The notes below the pieces were generated by a model. It saw only the letters and a program-made list of their open reading frames with translations, was not told where the DNA came from and searched no databases. From a virus (taxonomy: Duplodnaviria > Heunggongvirae > Uroviricota > Caudoviricetes), in IMG/VR virus record IMGVR_UViG_2778261268_000002: a stretch of DNA of 64,000 nucleotides. The stretch is one strand, 5' to 3'. Position 1 is the first letter of the stretch, and every line of letters starts with the position of its first letter. Position numbers and translations under genes: made by a program. Shown piece after piece: positions 12,170-21,909 of the stretch.

Positions 12170-12799
12170 ATGAACATACCACGCAGGGCGACTAGGACTG
12201 TTTTTTGTGTCGGTAGCGGTCCGTCACTCACTCGTGAGGACTGTGCTGCTATAGAAAAAACTGGCTGTTCAATCATCGCGGTTAACAATTCCTGGCAGAT
12301 GTTCGATGACATTTATGCCTTATACGCCGGTGATTTGTCATGGTGGAAGCAATACGGATCCACCATACCGGGAGGGAGATTCCGCAAAGTGACAGCCAAC
12401 CTGGCGGCGGCGAAATCATTTTCGTTGGAGTACAGGCGATATTGTGGACCGGCGGAAGGGGTAAATAGCGGCGCGCAGGCTATCAGTCTGGCTGCTGAAT
12501 CAGGGGCTGAAGTAGTGGTATTAGTCGGCTATGACTGTTCTCTGCAAAACGGCCTTCATTGGCATGGCGCGCACCCTCAAGCCCTACGGAATCCAACGCA
12601 GGTGTCTATTTCAAAATGGCAACAGCAGTTCCTGGATACCCGCAAAAAACACGCAGATTTACATATTTTGAATGCAAGTAGGAGCAGTGCAATTCAATGT
12701 TTCCCAAGAATAAATTTAGAGGCAGTGATCGCGTTATTATCGTCGGCAGTGGTCCAAGCGCCGCAAACTTTGTTGCGCCGCGCGGAGTGCCGATTATAG
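12170..12799 (+). CDS. CstII/DUF115 (MptE-like) Rossmann-fold protein, paralog 1
   Basis: VFCVGSGPSL ... IIAVNN ... NSGAQAISLAAESGAEVVVLVGYDCS, an architecture like GT42 sialyltransferases and DUF115; start at internal ATG 12170. Confidence 0.5.
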   Translation: MNIPRRATRTVFCVGSGPSLTREDCAAIEKTGCSIIAVNNSWQMFDDIYALYAGDLSWWKQYGSTIPGGRFRKVTANLAAAKSFSLEYRRYCGPAEGVNSGAQAISLAAESGAEVVVLVGYDCSLQNGLHWHGAHPQALRNPTQVSISKWQQQFLDTRKKHADLHILNASRSSAIQCFPRINLEAVIALLSSAVVQAPQTLLRRAECRL

Positions 12800-13323
12800 C
12801 GGTCAATGGGGCCATCGACTGGCTGAACCGCGCTTCTTATTTTTTCACACTTGATCCATCGCCAGACAATATGCGGCGCGTTGGTCGTGGCCGCCGTCGC
12901 CGTGGTGTTTGTTATTGCATGGCACTACCCGATGTTAAAGAACGTGAAGTCAGAGACGGCGTTCTGTGCTTCCGTCGTGTGGCTGAACGTGGCATGGAGC
13001 CAAAAAATACGAATTCTCCCGAGTGGTGGGCGTGGCGCTGGTCCGCACATTTCGGACTTTGCGAAGATGAGAATGAAATTGCCAGCGGCAATAGTGCATA
13101 TGGCGCTCTGAACCTGGCTTTCCATATCGGATTCAAACATGTCGCCCTGGTGGGCGTTGACGCTACACAAGAACCACGCGTTCACTCCGGCGGCACGCCA
13201 AAAAATCTAAGTCACCTGCCTTTGTTATTCCAGTCTGCGCGTGAACGGATTGACGTTGTTTCATGCGGGAAAATGGGAGGTATTCCGCAGATGACTCTTA
13301 AAGAATGGCTGAAGAATACATGA
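12697..13323 (+). CDS. CstII/DUF115 (MptE-like) Rossmann-fold protein, paralog 2
   Basis: [10 protein letters not shown] ... IIAVNG ... [24 protein letters not shown], same motif order as the upstream gene; 5' end overlaps it by ~100 nt in another frame. Confidence 0.5.
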   Translation: MFPKNKFRGSDRVIIVGSGPSAANFVAPRGVPIIAVNGAIDWLNRASYFFTLDPSPDNMRRVGRGRRRRGVCYCMALPDVKEREVRDGVLCFRRVAERGMEPKNTNSPEWWAWRWSAHFGLCEDENEIASGNSAYGALNLAFHIGFKHVALVGVDATQEPRVHSGGTPKNLSHLPLLFQSARERIDVVSCGKMGGIPQMTLKEWLKNT

Positions 13324-13997
13324 TGGCACCCACAATTTATCACCGTATCGACGGTACCAAATACAGGAATGTCTGGGTTGTTGGTGATCTGCATGGTTGC
13401 TACACCAGACTGATGTCCGAACTCCATCGTGTGGATTTTGACCCGGCGCAGGATTTACTGATATCGGTCGGCGACCTTATCGATCGCGGTACTGAAAATG
13501 TCGAATGTCTGGAACTATTGCAGATGCCCTGGTTCAGGGCAGTGATGGGGAACCATGAGCGGCTGATGATTGATGCGTTAAGTCCAGATGGCAACGTGAA
13601 TAACTGGCTAATGAATGGCGGACAATGGTTCTTCATGCTGGACACTGATCAGGAAATATTAGCCTGGGCGCTGGTGGAGCTGGTAAAGCGTCTGCCCTAT
13701 ATCATTGAGTTGAACACCGGGCAAGAAACTATCGTTATAGCCCATGCCGACTATCCGGATAATGAATACCAATTCGGTAAGGAGGTGCCGCTTTTCAACG
13801 TTGTCTGGGCGCGCGAGCGTATCAGTGATTCGATGGATGATATTGGTGGCGAAATTTCGGGCGCAGATCGTTTTATCTTTGGTCACACTCCGGTGAAAAG
13901 CCCGAAGACATTCTGGAATCAGCAGTATATCGACACTGGTGCCGTATTTTGCGGAAACCTGACATTGATGAAAGTGAAAGGTGATGGTGCAGCATGA
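13320..13997 (+). CDS. ppp: Ser/Thr protein phosphatase, lambda-PPase family
   Basis: Aligns along its length with recalled lambda PPase ([48 protein letters not shown]); ATGA start-stop overlap with the upstream gene. Confidence 0.85.
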   Translation: MMAPTIYHRIDGTKYRNVWVVGDLHGCYTRLMSELHRVDFDPAQDLLISVGDLIDRGTENVECLELLQMPWFRAVMGNHERLMIDALSPDGNVNNWLMNGGQWFFMLDTDQEILAWALVELVKRLPYIIELNTGQETIVIAHADYPDNEYQFGKEVPLFNVVWARERISDSMDDIGGEISGADRFIFGHTPVKSPKTFWNQQYIDTGAVFCGNLTLMKVKGDGAA

Positions 13998-14695
13998 AGA
14001 TTGCTTTAGTTTTTCGCTCTGGTGGTGACTATAACGCTTCCGATGTGCAGTGGCTGGTTAATCAACTGCCAAAAGGCTATGAAATTATTTGCCTGACAGA
14101 CCTGAAGCGTTTACATGTACCTGGCGTCAAAGTTGTCCCATTGATCAACCAGTGGCAAAAGTGCCGTGGCTGGTGGGCGAAAATCGAGTTGTTCCGACCG
14201 GATATAACCGATGATCTGTTCTATCTGGATTTGGACACAGTTATTGCCGGTGATATACGCCCAATCCTAGAGCATCCACCAACCAGCTTCACCATGCTTA
14301 GGGATTTTTACCATCCACAATATCGTGGCAGCGGTGCCCTGTGGATACCAAATAGTGTTAAAGCGCATATCTGGAGTTCATTCTGGCAAGATCCGGAAGG
14401 TTGGATTTCTCGTTGTGTCACTACTGAGTGCTGGGGTGACCAGGGGTTCTTACGAAAGGTTATGGGCGATGATACACCAGCATTTCAGGATCTGTATCCA
14501 GGATGGTTTGTAAGTTACAAGGCCGATGTTGTGGAACCTGGTTCAAAATATGCGAGCGCGCGTTACTCCAGGGGGAATGGGGCATTACCAAAAGACTGCC
14601 GAATAATCTTTTTCCACGGCAAACCGCGACCTCGCGAAGTGTCAGAGGATTGGCTTCCCCTTATCAGCTCATTTTTTGAGCGAGAATCAGAATAA
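13994..14695 (+). CDS. hypothetical protein with DxD-like motif (possible GT-A-type transferase)
   Basis: ATGA overlap with ppp; [12 protein letters not shown] resembles a nucleotide-sugar transferase DxD motif (weak). Confidence 0.5.
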   Translation: MKIALVFRSGGDYNASDVQWLVNQLPKGYEIICLTDLKRLHVPGVKVVPLINQWQKCRGWWAKIELFRPDITDDLFYLDLDTVIAGDIRPILEHPPTSFTMLRDFYHPQYRGSGALWIPNSVKAHIWSSFWQDPEGWISRCVTTECWGDQGFLRKVMGDDTPAFQDLYPGWFVSYKADVVEPGSKYASARYSRGNGALPKDCRIIFFHGKPRPREVSEDWLPLISSFFERESE

Positions 14696-14696
14696 T

Positions 14697-14713
14697 ATTG
14701 CTCTAATAATTCC
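14697..14713. promoter_or_regulatory. C1 operator-like site
   Basis: ATTGCTCTAATAATTCC matches the first 13 nt of ATTGCTCTAATAAATTT. Confidence 0.55.
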
Positions 14714-14721
14714 ATATTTTT

Positions 14722-14751
14722 AAAACGTGATGTACACTCATCACGTTTTTT
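14722..14751. terminator. bidirectional rho-independent terminator
   Basis: AAAA-CGTGATG-TACACT-CATCACG-TTTTTT, perfect 7-bp stem flanked by A4 and T6. Confidence 0.7.
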
Positions 14752-14762
14752 ATTAGAGCAAT
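14746..14762. promoter_or_regulatory. C1 operator-like site (inverted relative to 14697)
   Basis: TTTTTTATTAGAGCAAT, matches the operator core ATTAGAGCAAT in reverse orientation. Confidence 0.45.
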
Positions 14763-14776
14763 CTACAAGGTGCACT

Positions 14777-14995
14777 ATGTGGCCATTCCGACGGAAATAT
14801 CACTACTGGCTGATCGCCTTTGTTACGCCGACCGGCGGTATCAGGCATGTCATCACCAGGTATCGCAACAAGAGACTCACCTTAGCCAGAATTTTACAGG
14901 CTGCCATAGGTGAGGGACTGGATACAAATTGCGTAGTCCTTCCTCCTTCATACTTAGGAAAAATGACCGAAGCACAAGCTAATACGGAACTTTGA
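14777..14995 (+). CDS. hypothetical small protein (72 aa)
   Basis: RBS AAGGTG before ATG; stop overlaps the next gene start (TGAaATG). Confidence 0.35.
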   Translation: MWPFRRKYHYWLIAFVTPTGGIRHVITRYRNKRLTLARILQAAIGEGLDTNCVVLPPSYLGKMTEAQANTEL

Positions 14996-14996
14996 A

Positions 14997-16259
14997 ATGA
15001 GCACTTCAGCACAAAACCAATCAATCGAAAATGTATCTATCCCTGACGTCCTGAATGCCGGTATCCCGGCCATTATCCAGAACATCCGGGCCGCGCAACG
15101 CCGCGTTAGTTGTGATGACCTCACAGCGCGTTTTTTTGATAATGCGGTTCAGTCAGCGGAGATGCTTCACGCACAGCTTATTGATGTTTATAACGCAGAA
15201 GCTGATAGCCATAACTCCCTGGTAGATGCAGCTGAAAATATGCAGTTGGATCTCGGTCTGAAGGGTAAAGAAATTGAAGAGCTTCAGCTGCAAATTGAAC
15301 ATTTGAAACGCCAGCAACAGGACGCGATCGACGATGCGACGCATGACGCCAACCAGCGTGCTGATAATGCCGAACGTATAAGCATTGAGCTGGAAACAAA
15401 ACTCAATGAAATGACCGCGATGGTTGAACTGCGGAACTCACAGATTTCAACGCTAAAATCTCAATATAAAGAGATCATGAAACTTGATCCTTTTAACCTT
15501 GAGAAACGCTATAACAAAGCTAAAAGCGAGCGACAGGAACTGCGTAAGCAGGTCGCCGACCTTAACCAACAGCTCAAAAAAACTATTAAAGATGCAAGCG
15601 AAGCGCGCGTGGCATTTGCTAATAAAAAAGCAGAGGTTACCGCGCTGGTTAATGAGAATGCCAAATTTGCGACGCTCAAGAAGGAAATGTATGGCATTAC
15701 TGAGCGCCGTTTCCCTGCAAGAAAACTTCATCCGACGTTAGGGCAAATCTCCTTCTTCCCGCGCCTCCTGGCTTATGGGATCTCATCGCCTAAAGAGTTC
15801 AATAACGAGCGTCCTTATATCGTTTCTAAGCTGGACTTTGCTTATCAGTTCTGCTGCGACATGGGCTATGCCATTGATATCCGGATCAACGAATGGTTGA
15901 TGCCAAACTTCCAGCCGTTGGCCATTTTCCGCGAGTTCCAGCCGGAAGGTTGGGTAGAGTTCTTCCATGAATTGATCTGTAAAGAGATGGAAAGCCGCCG
16001 CCCGGAACTGGTCCGTCGAGTTGAGTGGGCGCAAGAGGTTATATTGGCAGAGGCAGAGCTGCCGTTCGAACCGGAATTCATTGATGATCTGGCAACTAAA
16101 GGGCTGCATACCCTGTTTGATGTGGTTACCCGCCGTCATGAGCAGTTGGTTGTCGAATTGGGTTTAGAGGAAACTGCGGCAAGAAGACTTCTCGATGTTT
16201 GCTATGCACGTAGCGATGCATGGGAAAAAGAGAACGGCGGCACTATTTACGTTCGCTGA
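14997..16259 (+). CDS. hypothetical protein with N-terminal coiled coil (420 aa)
   Basis: Long ORF, heptad-like charged region (aa ~60-230), no enzymatic motif recognised. Confidence 0.55.
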   Translation: MSTSAQNQSIENVSIPDVLNAGIPAIIQNIRAAQRRVSCDDLTARFFDNAVQSAEMLHAQLIDVYNAEADSHNSLVDAAENMQLDLGLKGKEIEELQLQIEHLKRQQQDAIDDATHDANQRADNAERISIELETKLNEMTAMVELRNSQISTLKSQYKEIMKLDPFNLEKRYNKAKSERQELRKQVADLNQQLKKTIKDASEARVAFANKKAEVTALVNENAKFATLKKEMYGITERRFPARKLHPTLGQISFFPRLLAYGISSPKEFNNERPYIVSKLDFAYQFCCDMGYAIDIRINEWLMPNFQPLAIFREFQPEGWVEFFHELICKEMESRRPELVRRVEWAQEVILAEAELPFEPEFIDDLATKGLHTLFDVVTRRHEQLVVELGLEETAARRLLDVCYARSDAWEKENGGTIYVR

Positions 16260-16332
16260 TAGTTACAGTGTCACTTTTAATGCTGGTGGAGTGCGTCCCA
16301 CCAGCATTTTTTTCGTCCAATGAGGAGGGCAT

Positions 16333-16839
16333 TTGAGTATTTTCAATAAACACGCACACCAGGAACGTCCGTATATCGTCATAGTAGATATTGATGGGAC
16401 GATATCGGAGGCAACGGAAGACAGACTGCATTTACTTCCACCACCTGGCAAAGGTGCATTAACAGAGCACTGGAACGAGTTTAACCTTGCCTGTGACACT
16501 GATGCTCCCATCACTCCAGTTATTGATATGGTGCGCCAGTTGTCCAGCATTTACACGCTCTGGTTTGTAACCGGGCGCTGTGAGATAGCCAGGGATAAAA
16601 CACGAGCTTGGTTGCGTAAGCACGTAACAAATGGGGCTGAGCCTTTGCTATCTATGCGTCCTGCCACCGATGACAGAAATGACGGCCCTGCAAAGATTGA
16701 TCTCCTGAAGAAAATTGGTCTAAGTAAAATTGCGTTCGCGCTGGAAGATAAGATTGAAGTGGCGCGTGTTTTCAGGAGTCACGGCGTGCTTACGTTAATG
16801 GTCAGGGAGTATGAAAACGCGCTTCTCCATCAACAATAA
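16333..16839 (+). CDS. HAD-superfamily phosphatase-like protein
   Basis: IVIVDIDGTI matches HAD motif I (DxDGT); TTG start with strong RBS GAGGAGG. Confidence 0.55.
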   Translation: MSIFNKHAHQERPYIVIVDIDGTISEATEDRLHLLPPPGKGALTEHWNEFNLACDTDAPITPVIDMVRQLSSIYTLWFVTGRCEIARDKTRAWLRKHVTNGAEPLLSMRPATDDRNDGPAKIDLLKKIGLSKIAFALEDKIEVARVFRSHGVLTLMVREYENALLHQQ

Positions 16840-16855
16840 TTGCTCTAATAAATAT
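16839..16855. promoter_or_regulatory. C1 operator-like site
   Basis: ATTGCTCTAATAAATAT, 1 mismatch to consensus. Confidence 0.6.
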
Positions 16856-17033
16856 TGATTTTTAAAACAGAGAAAGTGAAAATAAAAACATGCCGCAAGG
16901 CGCGGCATGTATCCAATCAATCACAGGAGCTGAAAATATGAACACGGCATTCAAAATCATTATGGCCGCGATCTATTTCTGGCTGTTCTCTATCACTTTT
17001 GGCGGCATCGTCGCACATGGGTAAGGGGGATGC

Positions 17034-17615
17034 ATGAAAGGCGAAGTGAAAGAGCGCGGCATGATTTTTAACGATGAGATGGTCCGGGCAATTCTTGGCG
17101 GGAATAAAACACAGACTCGCAGGATTGTTGAAGAAAAATTCTATGGACGGGCAGTGGCCGCAGAGTTGCTTGCCAAGCATTGTCCATATGGTCAACCGGG
17201 CGATCGTATTTGGGTTCGCGAAACCTACCGGGTACATGGCAAAGCGACGGACGTCGCAACGCTGGTTTATCGCGCAAGCGTGCGTAACTCCTGGACAGAA
17301 CAAACGCACCGGGTTCCGGTCGAGGTTTGTAATAAACCAGTATCAGAAAAGTGGACGCCATCAATTCACATGCCGCGCTGGGCATCGCGCATTCTTCTGG
17401 AAATTACCAACGTGCGCGTTGAGCGGTTGAACGATATCAGCGAATGCGATGCAAGGGCTGAGGGCGCACCAACAGAATCGACCCTCATTGGCGATAAGCA
17501 TTACCCAGGTTTCCGTAGCCTATGGAAATCAATTTATGGCGAAGATAGTTGGAACGCTAATCCCTGGGTGTGGGTAATCGAGTTTGAGCGTATTCAGGGG
17601 GCAACCAGTGAGTAA
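17034..17615 (+). CDS. hypothetical phage protein (193 aa)
   Basis: RBS AAGGGG before ATG; conserved-looking MIFNDEMVRAILGGNKTQTRR N-terminal segment. Confidence 0.5.
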   Translation: MKGEVKERGMIFNDEMVRAILGGNKTQTRRIVEEKFYGRAVAAELLAKHCPYGQPGDRIWVRETYRVHGKATDVATLVYRASVRNSWTEQTHRVPVEVCNKPVSEKWTPSIHMPRWASRILLEITNVRVERLNDISECDARAEGAPTESTLIGDKHYPGFRSLWKSIYGEDSWNANPWVWVIEFERIQGATSE

Positions 17616-18252
17616 CCGTTTTTACATGATGTGCTTGCGTGAAACTGTGGGTAATAACGCCTCATTCCATTGCCATAACGGCAATGGTTACAGTTCTGAT
17701 ATCGATCGCGCTCATATTTACACGCTGGAAGAAGCCCAAAAAGCCTGGAATTGTGGGCGAGATATCGATCAGCCTGTTTGTGCCGATAGTGTGGATGCAA
17801 TGGCTGTGTGGCACGTTGATTGCCAGTACATCCCTACAGAAAGCCTGATTGAGTCAGATTGCACTGAGTATGTGGCCTACAAAAAAGGTAGCTGGAACGG
17901 CAACGATGTTTACTGGCTTCAACACGGTGGATTGCCAACAGATGACTTCAGTAAAGCGACCATCTTTAGCGTCGTCAACAAAAACGAACCAGGAATAGTT
18001 TGGTTGCCATTTTCCATTGCTGATGCAGCAAAGCGCCGGACGTTCAATATCAATAACTTTAACCGCAGAACAATGGTTCAGGGCGCAGGTTTGGTCATGC
18101 CTGACTGGTTGAAAGAGCAGAACAGAAGAAAGAAGTCGCGAAGCGGGAAGGTGCGTTGGAATTGTCCGCATTGCGGAAAAATAACCTGGCAGTACAGCCC
18201 ATATGATTTTGAAGGCTGTAGTGATTACAACTGTGAAGGATGGCGAGAATGA
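17608..18252 (+). CDS. hypothetical cysteine-rich protein
   Basis: GTG start with RBS CAGGGGG overlapping the upstream stop; C-terminal CPHCG...C...C cluster; start uncertain (TTG 17584 or ATG 17625 possible). Confidence 0.45.
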   Translation: MSNRFYMMCLRETVGNNASFHCHNGNGYSSDIDRAHIYTLEEAQKAWNCGRDIDQPVCADSVDAMAVWHVDCQYIPTESLIESDCTEYVAYKKGSWNGNDVYWLQHGGLPTDDFSKATIFSVVNKNEPGIVWLPFSIADAAKRRTFNINNFNRRTMVQGAGLVMPDWLKEQNRRKKSRSGKVRWNCPHCGKITWQYSPYDFEGCSDYNCEGWRE

Positions 18253-18902
18253 CAATTGACTATCAGGTACTGCGTGAGGCGGCAGAAAAGGCAACACCAG
18301 ACGAATGGGTCGCATTTATTTCGACGGATACTGGTACTTATGCGGTGCACACGCCCGGTGATGAACGATGTGAAGACGTTATCAAATGGACCGGCTTTGA
18401 TGGACAGAAAAATGCAGAGAACAACGCTCGTCATGTTGCCGCGTTCAACCCAAAGGTTGCACTGGAGCTGCTTGGTGAAATTAAGTGCTTGGAGGACACA
18501 AATATTGATGCCACGTGCCGAATTTCAGAGCTTGAGACTAATCTCGCTGCGCTGGTGGCAGAGAACGCTGGGCTGAAACACGCAATGGCCGTAACTCTTG
18601 AGCATGTGTCGGTCACGGATGCAGGGCAGGCCGGAGTTGCTGCAATGATTATCAACGATGCCCTGCACCACAGCGAAACTCCAGCTACCGATGCTTTCCT
18701 GTCTGAAGTGCGGGCGCAGGGGGTGGATGCTGCTATAGAAGCTGCAAAAAATCTGGTGGCCCAAGAATATGAGTATAAGGATTTCAAAGCGGCGCAGAGT
18801 GATTGCTGTATGCACCCTGGTTCAGACCTGGTAGGGAAGGTTGAAATGACTGAGTGGTTAGTTGACTTTGCTGCCCAGCTTCGCAAAGGAGGCAACCAGT
18901 GA
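18249..18902 (+). CDS. Ead/Ea22-like family protein
   Basis: N-terminal IDYQVLREAAEKATPDEW typical of Ead/Ea22-like prophage proteins. Confidence 0.5.
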   Translation: MTIDYQVLREAAEKATPDEWVAFISTDTGTYAVHTPGDERCEDVIKWTGFDGQKNAENNARHVAAFNPKVALELLGEIKCLEDTNIDATCRISELETNLAALVAENAGLKHAMAVTLEHVSVTDAGQAGVAAMIINDALHHSETPATDAFLSEVRAQGVDAAIEAAKNLVAQEYEYKDFKAAQSDCCMHPGSDLVGKVEMTEWLVDFAAQLRKGGNQ

Positions 18903-19651
18903 GCGAAATTAATTACCAGGCACTGCGTGAGGCGGCGGAACGTGCAATTCCAGCAATGGAACGCCTGTTAATGTTGCCAGCTGATGATGATTTGTTAAGT
19001 GAACAGGAACTTAAAGATTACGGTGTGGATATTGATGCGCTCAACGCCTTCAAATTTCTGACCGGACCAGAAACCGTGCTGGCGCTGCTGGATGAACGGG
19101 AAAGAAACCAGCAATACATAAAACGCCGCGATCAGGAGAACGAGGATATTGCGCTAACGGTAGGGAAGCTGAGAGTTGAGCTTGAGGAAGTAAAACAACA
19201 CGCTGAAGAATTATCCGAAACCAAGGCTGTTCGTAACCAATGGCGGCCAGATATTTGCCCAATAACCGGACGTGCATTTTTCATGTGGATTGAGCATCCA
19301 ACATTGGGAAATGTGCCGACATATGGTGGCCCATTAGATAGTTACACCATTCCAACAAAGGACGGTGACGGTGAGTTTTCATGTGAGCGTTACGATCATG
19401 ATTTTGGCGGTTGGGTAGAAAGCGAATGTCTTGGGTTATATCTGATTGATGATAGAGAACAATGCAGGGTCTACGAACTGGAGGAACGCGTTAAGGAACT
19501 GGATGCTCGGGAAATATCGCTCCCGGAACGTAGCAGCATGCTTCATCGAACAGATTTTCACGATGATTACCAAACGGTAATGGCATACAAAGTTTCTGAA
19601 GTCATCGCTGCAATCCGCGCCGCAGGCATTCGCATCAAAGGAGGTGAGTAA
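18899..19651 (+). CDS. Ead/Ea22-like family protein, paralog
   Basis: GTG start with RBS AAGGAGG; N-terminal INYQALREAAERA paralogous to the upstream gene. Confidence 0.5.
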   Translation: MSEINYQALREAAERAIPAMERLLMLPADDDLLSEQELKDYGVDIDALNAFKFLTGPETVLALLDERERNQQYIKRRDQENEDIALTVGKLRVELEEVKQHAEELSETKAVRNQWRPDICPITGRAFFMWIEHPTLGNVPTYGGPLDSYTIPTKDGDGEFSCERYDHDFGGWVESECLGLYLIDDREQCRVYELEERVKELDAREISLPERSSMLHRTDFHDDYQTVMAYKVSEVIAAIRAAGIRIKGGE

Positions 19652-19827
19652 TGCGTGTGGCATGTATCGGCTTGTTACCGTACCCGACTCGTTTTTGGGC
19701 TTCTGCGCTAATTGCAAAGCCGTATGTCCTGATGGCTGACAACATCATCCCGGCACCAAAGCGCCGCCATACCGGTATTGCAGCGGCACGACGAGCAGCA
19801 AAGAGACGCAGGAGAGCAAAGCGATGA
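19651..19827 (+). CDS. putative small basic protein (58 aa)
   Basis: Below the ORF-track cutoff; ATG overlaps upstream stop (TAATG); Arg/Lys-rich C-terminus. Confidence 0.3.
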   Translation: MRVACIGLLPYPTRFWASALIAKPYVLMADNIIPAPKRRHTGIAAARRAAKRRRRAKR

Positions 19828-20000
19828 AAAACCGTAAGGCAAAACGACTTTTTTTACAGCGACCTGTGCGTGTGGTGGAGCTGGTTATTAGCAACCATAA
19901 GATAGCGGTACTCCATCCATTTGGTCAGGTGGCTTTTGCCGCAAAGCGTAAGCCTACTGCGTCACAGAACAGGCGGAAGAAAGGGTACGCTGTAAGATGA
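19824..20000 (+). CDS. putative small basic protein (58 aa), MKNRKAK family
   Basis: RBS GGAGAG 7 nt before ATG; N-terminus MKNRKAK paralogous to the next ORF; ATGA coupling. Confidence 0.35.
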   Translation: MKNRKAKRLFLQRPVRVVELVISNHKIAVLHPFGQVAFAAKRKPTASQNRRKKGYAVR

Positions 20001-20185
20001 AAAACCGTAAAGCAAAGATTCTGTTAGTTCGTAGAAACGCTCCTGGCGTCTGGCAGTGGGTGAGACTCAGCAACCGACGGATGGGGTTGATGAAATATTA
20101 CGGGATGATGGATTGTGGTTTTTGCAAAAAGCCCAGCGCGGCGCAAAACCGCTGGAAAAACCACTTGCGCACTAAAGGAGAGTGA
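19997..20185 (+). CDS. putative small basic protein (62 aa), MKNRKAK family
   Basis: ORF-track ORF; ATGA overlap with the upstream small ORF; shared N-terminus. Confidence 0.35.
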   Translation: MKNRKAKILLVRRNAPGVWQWVRLSNRRMGLMKYYGMMDCGFCKKPSAAQNRWKNHLRTKGE

Positions 20186-20186
20186 T

Positions 20187-20702
20187 ATGGCGTTAACACA
20201 CCGCGAACTCTGTCAGATTGCGTATAAGTTCCTTAAGCGCAACGGGTTCAAGGTTTGTTTTCATGACCGCTTTATAGCTGTAACCAGTACCGGAGAACAG
20301 CCAGATGCTATGGGATTCAGAAATTCAGCATCATGCCTGATAGAGGCGAAGTGTTCTCGTGCTGACTTGTTGGCAGATAGAAAAAAGCGTTTTCGTAAAA
20401 ATCCATCTCTTGGAATGGGCGACTGGCGATTCTTTATTAGTGAGCCGGGAATTATTTCAGTTGAGGATTTACCACCTGGCTGGGGATTACTTCACGTTGT
20501 TAACGGAAGAGTACGGAAAGTACATGGGTGGCCCAAGGGTAATTGCTGTTGGGGTAATCCTGACGATAAGCCATTTACTGGAAATAAGCAGGTTGAATGC
20601 GATTACATGTTATCTGCATTAAGGCGCATGGAGTTGAGAGGGCACCTTAATGAAATATATGACGGTGTAATTGTTAATAAGAAAGAAGGAAACGCGGCAT
20701 GA
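20187..20702 (+). CDS. hypothetical protein (171 aa)
   Basis: RBS AAGGAGAG before ATG 20187; no family recognised with confidence. Confidence 0.5.
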   Translation: MALTHRELCQIAYKFLKRNGFKVCFHDRFIAVTSTGEQPDAMGFRNSASCLIEAKCSRADLLADRKKRFRKNPSLGMGDWRFFISEPGIISVEDLPPGWGLLHVVNGRVRKVHGWPKGNCCWGNPDDKPFTGNKQVECDYMLSALRRMELRGHLNEIYDGVIVNKKEGNAA

Positions 20703-21415
20703 TCACTATTACCAAAGAGCGACTACTGACAATCAAGCAGTGGCGCGAAACATACGGACCTGGTAGCAACGTTGTACTGCCAGCAGAAGAGGCGGAAGAA
20801 CTGGCACGAATTGCGCTGGCATCGCTGGAAGCAGATCCAGTTGCTTATATTTTCAAACATCCGGCCGGGAAATTATTCTGGTCTTTAACGGATGAAAGCA
20901 ATAAAGAGCAAGCGGACGTTATTCCTGTTTATGCTGCCGCGCCTGCGTCGGTTGTGCCGGATAATGCATCAGAGCCTCTTGCTTATGCTTACAAAGAGCT
21001 TACGCCTGAGATTATGCGCAACCATTTAGCTGTATTCGAGCGATATGGAATAGCCCCAAACGATAGCTCTACCACAATTCAGGCACTGCGAATCGCGCTG
21101 GATGGCATAGAGCGGAGCGACGCCATGCTTCATGGTGCCGAACCTGTAAGCCAAACTTACAAGTTGAACCAGCTATCGGGCAACTCTCCGGCAACTCCGG
21201 ATGGTTGGATAAGCTGTAGTGAGCGAATGCCGAATACCAAAACAGCCGTTCTTGTTGCCGTGGAGTTTGACAGGAAAGGTGACTGGCGAATGAAATGGGC
21301 TACTTACATCCCCGGGCATCCTGACGCTAATGATGGGTGGATAATTCCTGGTGCGTCGTGGAAACCGTCACACTGGATGCCGCTACCAGAACCGCCGCAG
21401 GAGGTGAATCAATGA
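20699..21415 (+). CDS. DUF551-like phage protein
   Basis: C-terminal DGWISCSERMP...VLVAV...SHWMPLPEPP matches the DUF551 pattern; ATGA coupling. Confidence 0.55.
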   Translation: MITITKERLLTIKQWRETYGPGSNVVLPAEEAEELARIALASLEADPVAYIFKHPAGKLFWSLTDESNKEQADVIPVYAAAPASVVPDNASEPLAYAYKELTPEIMRNHLAVFERYGIAPNDSSTTIQALRIALDGIERSDAMLHGAEPVSQTYKLNQLSGNSPATPDGWISCSERMPNTKTAVLVAVEFDRKGDWRMKWATYIPGHPDANDGWIIPGASWKPSHWMPLPEPPQEVNQ

Positions 21416-21497
21416 GCTGGCCTGAAGCATTCACCACGGTAGGAATTGTGATGGCGGCAGCACTGGGTTTGTATTCAATTTGTCGCTGGTGGTAACG

Positions 21498-21731
21498 ATG
21501 GGAAAAATAACTTTTGTAGTCGAATTTGAGGATGGCAAAGAGCCACCTGTTAGCGCCAATCTTGATGTTGCTGGTGGCAGGCTGGTTTCGGTTCTATTTG
21601 GTGATTACCGCGACGACTTCTTTCAGCCTGAAGAAGTTGATGTAGTGCGAGAAGCATTAAACGAGCTAAGTGTTGATAACGATGATGCTCATGCGGAAAT
21701 CATCAAAAAAATGGAACTGCTAACTCACTAA
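21498..21731 (+). CDS. hypothetical acidic small protein (77 aa)
   Basis: Internal ATG 21498 preceded by a GGTGG RBS-like sequence. Confidence 0.4.
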   Translation: MGKITFVVEFEDGKEPPVSANLDVAGGRLVSVLFGDYRDDFFQPEEVDVVREALNELSVDNDDAHAEIIKKMELLTH

Positions 21732-21909
21732 ATTATCAATTATGGTGCTATCACCTACGACACCGAGAGAAAATTTATAATGTCAAAAGTAAATGTTTTG
21801 ATTTTTTCAGCAATTGTTTGCTTTGGTTTTACTGCCGGAGTGCAGATTTATATTGCGTGGGAAAAAATCATCAACTACGCATGGAGTTGTTTTATTAAGT
21901 GAGGTAAGT

